A DNA stretch of 64,000 bases from Euglena gracilis (taxonomy: Eukaryota). The stretch is taken from the NCBI GenBank assembly GCA_039621445.1, contig CP154954.1, forward strand, positions 47,223,847 to 47,287,846, given 5' to 3'. Position numbers and translations under genes: made by a program. The notes beneath the pieces are model-generated. The model ran no database searches. It had not been told where the DNA came from and saw only the letters and a program-made list of their open reading frames with translations. Position 1 is the first letter of the stretch; the number at the start of each line of letters is the position of its first letter. This document shows positions 1-13,300 of the stretch, piece after piece.

Positions 1-2233
1 GTCGCCAGCAGCACCGCCAGCGCCAGGAAAAAAAAAAAACAAGGACAACAATAACAGACCCCCCCCGCCACCCGCCCCCTCCAACCACCCCGCGCCCCCC
101 CCCCCCAACCCCCCCACCCGACGCATGGCACAGGGGGCCACGGGCGGAGCGGGGAGGAGCTGGGCAAGCGGAAAAGGACACCCGTGCCAGCGATCTCGGT
201 CACTGCCGTCCCATACCGACCTCAGGGTGTGTGCGGTCAAAGCCCTCCCCAAACGGTCACACCGATGCTTTGAAAAGCAGGGTGGCCGGAAACTGGACGG
301 GGAAAACGTTGAAAGGGGGTGGGCCATTTTGGGGGGAGGGGGTCAAGACACAGGGCAGCAAACTTTGCCAAGGGGTCCGATCAGGCTGTTGCGGTGCCCA
401 GTTGGAAGACACCTTCCTCCCAGCTGGGGAAGGGATCAGACTTCCCCAGAGGGAGAGGGGGACCCAGCCCGGTGCAGGACACTGCTCCTCCTGGCGGCGG
501 GGGATCCCCAAAATCAGGCTGTGTGGAGGCATTTCTCAACACTGCGCTTCATGTGGAAACCCAACCCCCCCTCTGAGAGTTCCTACCCTTGATCCGCCCA
601 CCCCTCCCCGGGGTCTTCCGAATAATAAAAAAAAAGAGGCCTGAAAGGGATCAGGTTATCAGGATCAGGTTGGGGTAGCCAAGAAATAAAACAAAATTGG
701 GCCCAGAGAATCTGGGAAAGATAAAGAGAAAACAAGAATGCTCTCCCCAATGAAACCGCCCCGCGCATAATTGGTGGATGACTCCCCCAGAAAAAAAAAA
801 CGGTCGGAAAAAAGCGTGCCTCGGACAGCAGTAGATGACAAAGAAACCAAACAAACAATTGCCGCCTGTGTGGTGGAACTTTTTTTTTGGTGAAAACCTG
901 AACCCTCTCCTTTTCCACAGGAGGGAGTTGATGCCTCCTTCCATAGGGACAACGAGATAAAATGTGTGAAGTACCAAAACTTCTCATCCTGAAAATGCCA
1001 AAGAAAAAAGCATTTGGCACTTTTGGGCACTTTGTTTGGTTGACTGGGAAAAAAATTCCTCCGGTGCTGTACACAAGGCGGAAATAGGACTTTCAATTTG
1101 ATTTTTTGTGTGGCTGATTTTGTTGCAAAAAAAAACCACAAAAAAATGCCAGAAATGGGCATTTTCGGCAGGTTTTGGGGATGTTTCTGGCGCTTCGCAC
1201 CAGTCAGTGGGAAAATATTTTCCTAGCCCTGCTTGCACACCCCCTGGGGTCCACTAGGATTTCCACTAGCCAATTATGGACTAGCTGCAGTCCAGCCCCA
1301 CCAGGGGGGTACTCAAACCACACCGCAAACTGGGCCAGAAGCGATTTTAGCGCCGGGCATGAACAGACAAGAATCCTGAGTGCAACTAAGGGGCACTCAA
1401 ACCTTTAAGCAGAAGCCTGGAAGGGTGGAAGCAATCCAAAAAGTTGGAGTGAAAGGACAAAGAAATCTGCAGCAAGCAAAGCTTGCCAGCAGATGTTGCA
1501 AACCTGGGGCACCATTGCAAAACAGTGGGTTGCATTGCCCATTGATGGGAAGCACACGGCAGGGAGTTCTACATATGGGACACACGTTTGCGCGGCTGCA
1601 AATGGGCAGCGAGGCCTGGTCCATCCTTGACTCGCACTCCAGGTTCCCCCCCCCAAAGTTAACTGCATTATTTCAGAAACAACCAACGATGCTTTCCATT
1701 GTTCCTGAATTCAGAGAAGATTGATGCATGTTGATGGTAGCTTGAAGGGCAGCCGGACGTGGACCAATGAATGTCCTTGAAGGGGCAAAAATGGCGACAA
1801 TAGGGTGGGCCCAACTGGGCGACAATTGAGTGACCAAACAAGAGGGTGGAGAATGCTCAAAAAAACTTGCACCCATATGAAAGGCGGCCAACTTCACACA
1901 CTTGTTTCCATCACAACGTAGGATGTGGCATTGGAAAAAACAACTTCCTGAAGCAAAGAAGAAGTTGTGACTAATTCTTGATCACTTTGTGATGGGCTTC
2001 TGCTTAAATCACAGCCTGATGGTACGCTCACAAAAGCAGGTTCCCCTTGAGCTGGCCAAACAAAAACATGCACACAAAAAACACCATCTGAGTGGCAAAT
2101 GAAGAATCGAAATGGCAAAATTCCGCAAATGCAAACTTTCTGCCCCACAATGGCCACTGAGGCTGGGCCTCCCTGGTCAAAACACTATATTTGCAAGGGT
2201 TTGGTATGAGTGTACATCATGGTTTACCACGGG

Positions 2234-5200
2234 TTACCACGAGTCGCCAGCTCCACCACCACCAGTGAAGAGGCCGCCTGCAGCGCCAGAATAGCACCAT
2301 AACGATTGCATGTCGGCACACGCATATGCCCAATGTGCGAAAACAATATTGCATCCTGAAATGAAAATTAAATCCAAAAAGATACTTAGCATAAAGAGCA
2401 AGAGATCAGTTTACCCACAACAAATTTGTTGAAACCAAAATCCAAGGGCGGTGATAAAAATCAGCTGTGATTCTTGCTACCCTTTTCAAAACCTCAGAAG
2501 CTGCACACTGTGGTGCGGGGACGCCAAAGCCTATCTCAGACAACTTTGGGTCACCCTCATTAATCATCGTCGGGGCGGGGGAGGAGGGATGCACTGGCCT
2601 GGCCTCGGAAAAATATGTGCAAAAAGTGCAAAAAATGCGCATTTTTTTAAAACCTATTTTCCGGGCCCGACGTCTGTCTTGAAATTCTACTGACATTAAT
2701 TTCCAAGACATCGGAATCCGTTTAGGTCAGTCGATTCCCATTCAGGCGCCCGTATATGTCGGTCGATTTCCATTCAGGCGCCCGTTTTTATGTCAGTCAA
2801 TTGCCATTCAGGCGCCCGTTTTTATGTCAGTCAATTGCCATTCAGGCGCCCGTTTATGTCAGTCGATTTCCATTCAGGCGCCGTTTATGTCAGTCGATTT
2901 CCATTCAGGCGCCCGTTAATGGGCCAAAAACCACTTTTTGGGCAATATTTCCGTCCGGGCGGTTCGGTCGAATGAATTTCAAGACAGGGATCGGGCCCAG
3001 ACAAAATAAGTTTTAGAAAAATCGACCGACACTAACAGATTCAGCAGGGGCGCCGGGCGTGAGCGAGCGAAGCGAGCCGCCCGGCGCCCCTGCTGAATCT
3101 GTTAGTGTCGGTCGATTTTTGTATAGAAAAAAAAAGTGCAAAATCTGAAAGCAAAGGTGTGAAAATCATGCAAATACACAAGAATTATAAAAAGAACATG
3201 CAAAAACGGCAACAAAACTAACAAAAATCCATGGAATTATGAGGAAAATGCAAATAGCATAAAAGATTGCAAAAATGACAAAACAATTGGGTGATTCGCG
3301 GAAAAATGCGACAAAAAACAAAAATTGTGCTAAAATAAAAACGAAAAATGCGCGAAAAAATGTGCCTTTTTGGACCAAATTTGGGGGAAAAAAGCAAAAA
3401 AAAGCGAAATATAATCCCCCTGACATCGTGCAGGCGTCAGTGCCATCCTGCTTCACCTGCAGGAACCCAACTGAAACGCGTGCAGGAGCGGATCCCTCTG
3501 GCGTGGACCCCTCGCAACTGCCGTCGATCCAGCCACAAATGTAACTGTCACAACTGTCACAACTGTCTCAAAAAAATCAGCAGGGTTGGCTGTGAGCCCC
3601 CTGAGGCGGACGGAGAGGACAACAAACACGCAGCAGGTCGTTGCGTTGGCCCCCTGTTGTCGGTCTTTGCTCCGGCCCCACCGCCCTGCCGTCCTCCGGT
3701 GTTTCTGCGACGCCCACACGACGCCCAACGCGGGCAGCAGCAGTGCGCGCTACGCGAGAGAGGGCCGGCCGACGGCCAGCTGCAGGTCCCAGCTCTGGCT
3801 CACAGCGCCGGAAAAGGAGGGCGGGCACCCGGCTAGGGTGTGGCGGGGCGATCAGGGGTAGATGGGAAGCATCGGACCCCCCTGACATGGAGGGGGGGGG
3901 TCGGACCCCCCCCTCCTACATTGAAACTGAAGGGGGCCAGGAAAATTTTCGGTTTCATGGACCGGCAAAGGCCCGGATACCAAGCCAAAATTGGTTAAAA
4001 AAATCCCCAATTTTTTTGAAAGGAAATCAAAAATGCTTATTTTTTGAACACTTTTTATGTGAAAAACACCAAAACATCCCAGTGCAATTTGCTCAGAAAT
4101 GAGGGGAAAGGGTGTTTTTTGCTCATTTTTCAGCGCGCAGTGCAGGAATAAAAATTTTCGCTATTTTTGGAACTTGCCGAGGAGGGGGGTGGGGGATCCG
4201 GACACCCCCTTGCAACATCTGGGGGGGGATGGACCAGACCTCCCCCCCTACCACCTTAGCCCCCCCCCAAGAGGGGGGTCCGGACCCCCCTACAACCAAC
4301 CTCAAAGCTGAAGGGCTTTCCATCTATCGTGGGCCCCCCTCCCCCCCCCCTGAACGACACACCCACTTCCGGGGCAGGGCCTGCACGAGGCTGGGGGCGG
4401 GCGGCGGCGACGGCAGCGAGACGAGCCAGAAGTCGGGGGCAGTGGGCGCAGGCGAAGCGCGGGGGTCGCGGTGGGCCCCAAGCGAGAAATTGGTGATGGA
4501 GGTTTTGGTGGTCGCTAGCGACTGGTTGCTCGCTACCATGGTCGCTAGCGACCGGTCGATAGAAAGTGTTCGCTAGCGACCATTGGTGGTCGGGCCGACT
4601 AGTCGCTAGCGACCACCAATAAAAAGTCCACCCCCCTCTTAAATAAAACTTTTTAAGCCCCCCCTTCCCAAAAAAAACCCAGGGAGGAGGGGGTCCGGAG
4701 TGCCTTGAGGCAGGCACTAACCCCCCCCCCCCCCGAGGGGGTCGGATTTTGGCCTGTGCCCAGGAACTTTCCTCAGAAAATAGGCCATTTTCCTTGAAAA
4801 TAGGCCTTTTTTGAGCCTTCTGGCGCCCTCGGCGCCGGAGTGCCTGCCAGGCACTTTTGGCCGAGTGCCCTGCCCCCCCTGGGGGGGGGGTCGGATTTTT
4901 GTACCTTGAAGTGCCTGTCCAGGCAGCCCCCCCCCTCCCCGGGGTGGGGTCGGTACCCGGCTAAAATACGGCCTGATCCGGGGGAGGCCATAGGCTGACT
5001 AAATTCATTATGGAGCGCGATTCGGTCATCCATGCTTTGCACACACAGGGGGATTTTGTTATTGGAGGGCGGGGGGGTCTGGGGGGGGGCAGCTTGCACA
5101 GGCACCTTCAGCAGAACAGCCCCAAAAAGAACTCATTACCCTGAATTTTTCACAAATTGACCCCGAATGGAGGTTTTTAAAGGCATTTGGGTGGGTTTCG

Positions 5201-8200
5201 AGTCATTTCCCTTCATATTTAAATGAGTTTTTTTGGGGAGGGGGGACTTTAAACTTTTCTCGGAGGGGGGGGTGGACTTATTATTGGTGGCCCCACCACA
5301 AATGGTCAGTAAGCCATCACCAACAGTTGCTAGCGACTAGTCGCTAGCGACCACAAAAAAAAATACATTCCCAGTTTCCCGCAATGAGGCGTCGCGGTGG
5401 GTTGGGCTGCTTTATTGGGCGGGAAGGCAACGTGAGGATGGGTCATGCGCACAGCCCTCCCCCTTGATCACAGTGAGGATGAAGCAATGAGATTTCGCAG
5501 ACGCGCTCTGCCGCTTCTTTCATTCCACCAAATTAAAAATTAATTAGTCAATTCAATAATAAAGCAGTCCACCCTCCTTGACCGATGGCTTCATGTTCAA
5601 GATATTTGTCGTTTGTTGCAAGCCTTGCTCTCCTCCCATATTCTGAAACTGGCATTCTTTTGGAAAAAAATGTTTAATGAAAATATTAAGTTTACCACTC
5701 ACGGCGAGGAACATCTGATGATGTAGTTTTCAACAAATCGAACAACATAATCTCCCACTGCAAGGTCATCAGAAAAATGACCTGAAAAGAAGGCTCGGGT
5801 CTTGTCAAGGGGGACATTTCATTGCAGACATGCTGGAGGTTTGGTTGGGCTGCCGGACTCTGTTGCTGGGGTTTCCGAGGAAGCCACTGGATGTCCCACA
5901 TGTACCAGTCTGTGGCACGGTTCAGGAAGAGACGATCGATGTCCGTTCGAAGCACCGTTGCCGGTCGTTGTAGCATGGGGAATGTTCTGAACCTCCAATG
6001 GTGTTACTCAATATTCGGTTATCACAAGTGTCAAAAACGTTCATGTTACTTCTTTGAATGGGACAGCTTCCAAAGCAGCATTGAACACCACTTATCTTGC
6101 CTGAGAATTCTGGATGGGACATTTCTTATGAAAAATGGGCTTCAATTCAAATTGTTTTCAGTGTTTGTTGCGTTTTCTAATCACTCCTGGCCTTTCAACG
6201 AAAAGCACCAAACAAGGCAAAGAAACACAAAAAAACACTCCAACCATGCCCCAGGCGCTGGTACGTTGCAGATCGGGCATGGAAGTGCGCCATGTAATAC
6301 TGCAACCTGCAGAGGGAAGGGGGAGGGAGCCTTAACTCCAATGGTCATTTCCAACGATTGCCACTCCGTCCCAACCCTCCCTGCCAACCAGGAGTGTTTG
6401 TCGCAGAGCAGACAATTGGGGGCCACCCCCTCTCCTTGTGGTGACAAGGAGTAGCCCCCCCCCCCCCAAGGGTGGACCGCCAAAGGAGGTGCATGGGGAT
6501 AGAGTGGACACCATGGCTGGGAGAAACAGATTCTGAACACACCGTGCCTTGTACAAGCGGTCCTCTTCCGGGAAGTCACCCCCTTCGTCTTGCATGGCGT
6601 GCACGTCAATGACCTCGCGGCACATTGGGCATGTTGGGGACTCACCTTTCCCCATCCACTCCTAGCATCTGGATCGCACTTTGAATTGAACAAACGCCTT
6701 GGGATAGACATGCTTGCTGCGTTCAAACAAAGCATTTTCAGAAGCCATTATCAAATTTATTATTTTTACTATTATTAGAATTATTACAAGCACGGTGGGC
6801 CTGTGCTGACACACAGGCCGGATACGCGGTTCCAAGGGCTACATTTATAGGCCAGGCATGGGCTCCAGCTCGTCTGGATGGGGCGCTTTCTCCCCCTACG
6901 GTCACCTTCGCTCGGCAAATCGCGCGGTCACGGATTCGCAGTGTTACAGGGCTCCGGTTATAACGTAGGGAGATTATTGCTGCTGCTGCTGCTGCTGTTG
7001 TTGTTGTTGTTGTTGTCATTTTTTCTATTATGACTGTTGTTGTTGTTGTTGTTGTTGTTAAATCACTATTGTTATTAAATTAATTTATTATTGCGGTTTT
7101 TATTACAGCATAAAAATATACACCGCATGCATCTATTTTATACAATTTCATTTTGCTGCTATTTCGCTGATAAAACCCCCCCCACAAAAACAAAAAAATG
7201 CCAAAGACAAATAGACTCCTCGCCACTTGAAAGAGAAGAGTTTTTGGGGCCGAATTTATCCAAATCAACCAGAAAATGTCCCAAAAAATAAAGACCAATC
7301 TTGTTTCAGGCAAGCGCCAACCAAAGTGGATGCACTGCCGATGGAATCGATGCCCGCACCCAAGGCGTGTTACTGGTGGTGCACAGCAGATGAACAGGTG
7401 GGCGGCGAAGACGTCGGTGGGGAAATCAGCAATAGCACACTCCACCTTGCAGGCCAGGCCCGGGGAACCCGACACTTCCCTTTTCTGGTGAATGTGAAAG
7501 AAGGCAGACCCTTCACAGCCGGCAGCCCGCCGCACCGCCGCAACGCACACCCGTCCGCCAGTCCTGCCGAGGGGCCGGGGTGGCTGGCGGAGGGGAGCCG
7601 GGGGCCTCCAACAGTGGGGCGGCCTCCTGCGCCGTCTTCCCCGCCACGGCCGCGGGGTCCAGGGAGAGCGGGGACCCGGTGCCCGGGGGCGACGCTGGCG
7701 GTGGAGGGTGGGGTGGGCTGTGGGCGGCGGGGAGGCTGGCGGGCACGCCGCGGCCGGGCCGGCACTGCGTGCCACTGTCCAACGCGCAGCACTTCTTGTG
7801 CCCCTGTGTCGTTTATTATTATCGTGTTTGCCCTGCCAAACGGACGAGGAAAACGTACGTATGTCCGTGGTGTTGCTGGGGGGATCTGGTGGCAGTCGCA
7901 GGATGCGGGGTGATTGTGTGTGTTCACGCATGTGGATGTGTTTTGCGTGCATGACTGGCAATCGCCACAGAGTTTCAAAAGTCACCAAAATCCACACCCG
8001 CACGCGCATTGCATTTTCATCAGTTCTGTCCCAACAGGGTTCCGCTGTCCCCAGGGCTCCGAATTCCTCCAGGCAGATGGAGCACATCTGCTGCTCCAAA
8101 GCATTGCATCCATCAATGGGACAGCATGCAATGAGAAATGCCACACAAAAATACATTGGTATAATGGGGAAAAGAGAAAAACAAAACAATTATTGCTGCA

Positions 8201-9721
8201 AAACTTTTGGAATGGGGGGAATTTTGTATCAAAAAAAAAAGCGAAACGAGGACGCAGTGGCCATACTCTTTCTCCTTTGACATGCCTTCCACTTCTCGCT
8301 GAATGCGCCGTAGTCGCTCTGACGAGATGCAATGCCTGTTCCATCATGCCCCTAAAGGTCCATCATATCATTTGGCGGGGGAGGGGGGAATGCACGGAAA
8401 CTCTTCAAGCAAAAACTGAAAACCTGTTGGAAAAAAAACAAAAAAAAAACACGAAAAAACCACATTTTTTTGCGGAAATTCAAAAATGCCAAAAAAAAGT
8501 GTTTGTGTTCCCCCCCTGCATCACAAGGGTGAATAGTAGAGTAGCAGAATCTGGGTTACCGGGGTGAACCGTAAACAGATTTGTATAAAAAACAAAATGT
8601 CTTGATAGATGATGAAAAAGGGTTGACCCATTTTCTGGGTCTTTGGGGATTCAACCCAACCAACCCAGGAGATGGACGAGCATCACCAGAAACAAATGGG
8701 CTTGGGACAAGCACCGCTGACATCCTGAAAAGCCTAATACATGAATCCAGCTCAAAGGATGGAATTTTTTGTTTGACAGAAAAGGTTGCTGCTCCGACAT
8801 GGCCTGTGACAAAATTTGGAAATAATCCCAGAAATGATGCAAATAATGAAAAAAAACAAACAAACTCAAAAATAACTCTGGGGAATCAAAAATTGGCACT
8901 TAAATTTCCCCAGGTCCCCTTGTCACGATGCCTTCCATCTTCGTTACATAGAGAGGAAATTTTTTAGGTGGCTGGGTGTTAATCCATAACTTGTCTAAAT
9001 GGATCGAAAGTTGGAGTTCAGCTCAATTTGATGAAGGTCAAACCAAACGGTGCAGGGAAAGAAAAAACTGCACGCCACCGTAAAATTGGCATTACCTTGT
9101 GGCTTGTGAGATAAAGTTGAAATGCTGGTCAAAATATTTCATCCAGAGGAGTCATAGGTTTCGGGTCGTCATGGGCCTGATGGATGGCCTGATGGATCAT
9201 TTGGTCACAACCTGGGGGGACGATCCGAAATGCCCTTTTTGCTGGGCGATTCCTGTGCTGCCCATCTGGCCCACTTTCCGATGATCAGCCATCGATGTCT
9301 AACAATTGCTGAGGGTCAGAATGATCTAACTACATTCGTACCTGCAAATACAAACACAATTACAAATGCGTGCACACACATGTGTGTGGAGCTGTTTACA
9401 CGATTGTTTTTGTTTTCTGAGTGTAATGTTGCCTTGTCCAGATGCATGCTAAGCGACCCCCTGCTTTTCCATCCTCTTGCTATAGCAGGGCATCCTGTGT
9501 GCACAAAGGTGGAACTTGAGATCTGTGCTGAGCTGCCGCACTGGCTTGTGACCCTCCCCAAGGTGAGGCGAGACAGGTTGGGTTCCATGCCGCATAACTC
9601 CCCATGGAAAACAAGCATGCACCCGCAAACACCCCGCACACCCCACAAAACACTCCCACACACCCACACACCCACACCCAAACAATGCACACAGCACACA
9701 CAAAGCACACACAGACACGCA

Positions 9722-9753
<32 letters not shown>

Positions 9754-9802
9754 ACAACACACCCGCACAACCCACCCGCACACACACACACACACACACA
9801 CA

Positions 9803-9870
<68 letters not shown>

Positions 9871-10298
9871 ACGGTCTTCATCTGCCGGGGCAGCGGGCGG
9901 GCTGAACTGCGGCTCGGGTTGCACTCGGCACCACGCAGCGCACCGGCGCACGCCATCCACCACCAGCACAACGGGGTAGGCCAGCAGGGTGTAGATGCAA
10001 ACTGTTGCCACGGCCGTCCCACTACCTTGATCCAACCAGGTATTATTTTAAAGCAAAAATTTCAAAAAATAAGGGTTTTTGAGGCAATTGTTCTTTTATT
10101 TTCCAAGGGCTGTTCAAGGGCCTTCCGGGCATCGAAGCGGTCGAAAATCAAATCAAAAAAAATCGAAAACACCATTTTTGAGTTTGAGGTGGATGGAAGA
10201 ATTCACTTCCAGGGACCCTGGGAGGGACGTCCCTGGCCGCCAGGCACCAGAGCCACGGCCGGTGGCAGGGTACGTGTCTGTCTGTGTGCGTGTGTGTG

Positions 10299-10335
<37 letters not shown>

Positions 10336-13300
10336 GTGTTGTGTCGTTTTGTGTTGTGTTGTGTCGTGTTGTGTCGTGTTGTGTTGTGTATACATATGTG
10401 TGTCTCCAGTATGGCCCTCTGGTTTGGTAGCAGGACTTTCACCCTGACCAGAGGCAGAAGACGAGGAGGGCCAGCAGGGCGAGCCATGCGTAGGGGAAGG
10501 GGGGTTGCAGGCAGGCAGCGGAGATCCACAATTTGTCATTCACAAAGGGATGCAGGAAGGGGGGGGATGCTCTTGGTTGGGGTAGTCAGGGTGCGGGGGT
10601 GGAATTCAAACCTGGTGTGGACTCTCCGCAACTTTCCATGGTGCTCTGGCCACCATCTGCTGAGTTCTGCAGCAGGCAGAAACTCAATTCCACTGCCTTG
10701 CTGAATCACTGTGCCACTCAAGGCATCCCGGATCAGGAGTAAGCCGCCCACGGCACCTGTGGCAGGCGACATAAGCTGTAAAATTACAAAGTTGCAGCGC
10801 AAGAAGGGAACGTTGATGGTGTCCACCCTAAATGATTCCTTCTGTGGGAGAGGGTAGACCACAAGGTCATCAAAAATGCAATGAGCACCAAATAATATAC
10901 TATTTGGTAAAAATTGGGGGTAACCTTCATTATGAAGACCTCCAAGACAATGGGTAAACGCGGAGGTAGTTTGAATTGTCCACACCAGACAAGGACAAGG
11001 GGCACAAGCTGCCAAGTTGCGGGGAAAGCAGGAGGATGCAGTTCCAAAAAAAGTGTCCCCTCCTTGCGCCAATTGTCCCACCAGTGTGTCTCAAGAGGCT
11101 GTCATGCCCCGGGATCAGCGCTGTTGAACCACGGTGTGGGACGCAGGGGTGGGTCGGCGCCCACCTGAATCGTACTGCCCCTGTTTGAATGCGTCCCTCA
11201 TCCGGGCCACGATGACGGCCGCCACGTCGTCCAGCAGCGCGGCCTGAGCCCCGCCGGCGGTGCGCAGGTGTCAATACGGTGGGGCTCCCTATCCCCACCC
11301 TCCAATCCCGTATGCCAGCTGGCTCCCCCAAACACACGACACAACACACCACACACACAACACACACACACACACACACAGTGCGCACACAGCACACACC
11401 ACATAACACACACATGCTCAAAACAAGACACACACACACACACACAAACACCCACTCACACACACACACACACACACAAACACACAAAACAAGCCCCACG
11501 GTAGCCAAACAACGCGGTCGCTGGCGGACACCAGCAAAATGATGCCGTCATTGCAGGTACCGTGGCTGACGCCCCAGCGAGCCCCGACTACTGTGGCGAA
11601 CGCTTTGCCCTGGGCGATGCTGTCGACAGCGAAGGGTCGACCCAGCATTGAGGTGCGCCACACCAACCAATGCACCCCCCTTTGTCTAACCACCAGACAC
11701 CGTCCCAGCACACTGCTGTCCATCTCTTTGCGACCAAAAACCCTTCATTTTCATCAAAATCCACCTATGGTTGCAGCAACATTCTGTTTTCGACTGGAAC
11801 GTCGCATTTCTTTTGCTGCTTTTGTTACGTGTCAGAGGAAAGGGTACTTCCGAGAAAGTTGTTTTTGAAAAGAATGCAATGGACGGGTGGTTGGTGCTGA
11901 GAAGAACACCAATGGTAGACAGGGCAGGGGTGCAGGACCCCCAAGCAGGGTTCAATTCAAGGGCATGTGGGTGGAAGCCAAGGGGGGTGGGGTGGAGAGG
12001 AACACCCCCAGGAACACCCCCCACCAAAATAGTGGCACACCAAAATGAAGTGTTTCTGTTTCTGACAGGGCGAAGCTACGAGCCAGAGGTCTATTTGGGG
12101 GGTGCCTGTCTGACTGCGCTCCCCTTCAAAATGTAGTCCATTTGCAAGGTACAAACTCAATTGGATGTTGGGGCTGGCAGGGGAAGAAAAACGACCCAAT
12201 AATTCCACTGTAATGGCACGTACTGCTGATAATACATTGTGATTTTTTTTGCCCCTTTCTCTTGGTGCAAGCCCAAAGCATCACTTCTTTTTGCAACACA
12301 ACAACTTGCTTTGGAATGATAATTTTTTGTTAATTTTTCATATTTTGGGCAATCAATTTTTATCGTTTTCTGCAAGCAATTTAATGTGCAGCAAAACTAT
12401 CATAGTTTTCCTCCAATGCGTTATTTGGTGTATCCTCCCCACCCAGCCTTGATGTGCTGGCCAGTGGATCTTCTCCTGTCCGAGAATTCCAGACCTTTGC
12501 TCCTCCAAAACGATTTGTGGGCATGCTCTTGCAATACCATAAAGGAATTTGCCGAGTATCAGAATTCAATATCAAATTACCTATTATCCCTGGGGGAAAA
12601 AAATGCATGCCAGACTCGACCCCAGCAAAGTGTAGGATGGAATTTTCTTTCAGCATTGATGAGCTCTTCAGGTGTATCCATCCAGAGGTCCTCATCAGGC
12701 TCGCCTCTGGGCGACACTCGGAGTGGTGTAGGTGACGTTGGCGTCCATCCTTTGCAGCACCGCCAGCCCTACCTGTAAAAGGATAAAAGCAAAGAACTGG
12801 TGCTTCCTCTGGCTCTGTTCTTATGCCAAAAAACTTCTTGGATGTCGCAGAACCGGTGGCAATTCAACTGGGGGTCACCCACCACTGACTTGTGGTCTGG
12901 GGGACAACTCACAACACCCTCACACCGTTGGTACCATAAATTTGCTGAGTGACCTCCTGGGGGACTTTTCCCTGGGTCCAAAGCCACCCCACCCACCCTT
13001 TTTTAAAAAACCCACCCACTCACCCCCTCCCCCCGACACCGACCCACCCACCCAAAACCTAGCCAAAAGTGGCCAAAAACCCTTGAAGAAAATTTCTGGC
13101 CCGGCCTTTGGCAGGGCCGGACCAACCCATGGCACACCCCGCCCCTGGGAGGAGGGGGCCCAGCAGCCAAACCCACCCACTGTCCACTGTCGAAAATCCA
13201 TCCACCCCCCAAGGGGTCACACAAGTGTTAAATGAATTTATGGTTGGGACCCTGCAAGTCAATCCAATCGGGTAGAAGCCAGGACCATACAATTTTTTAC

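Noticed and set aside
1-170. Start of another minus-strand gene (ATG at 126, LALAVLLAT at the edge)
   Set aside because: Too short and dependent on homopolymer lengths to support.
2726-2916. CRISPR-like ~32-bp repeats
   Set aside because: Head-to-tail with no unique spacers, no cas genes, eukaryotic context.
5972-6260. Further nonconventional intron in the TPM-RING gene
   Set aside because: The ends pair, but an in-phase GT-AG alternative (AC|GTACCA...TTCAG|A) exists; undecidable without cDNA.
9230-11542. Long ORFs rich in HT/CV dipeptides
   Set aside because: Translations of (CA)/(TG) microsatellites in introns.
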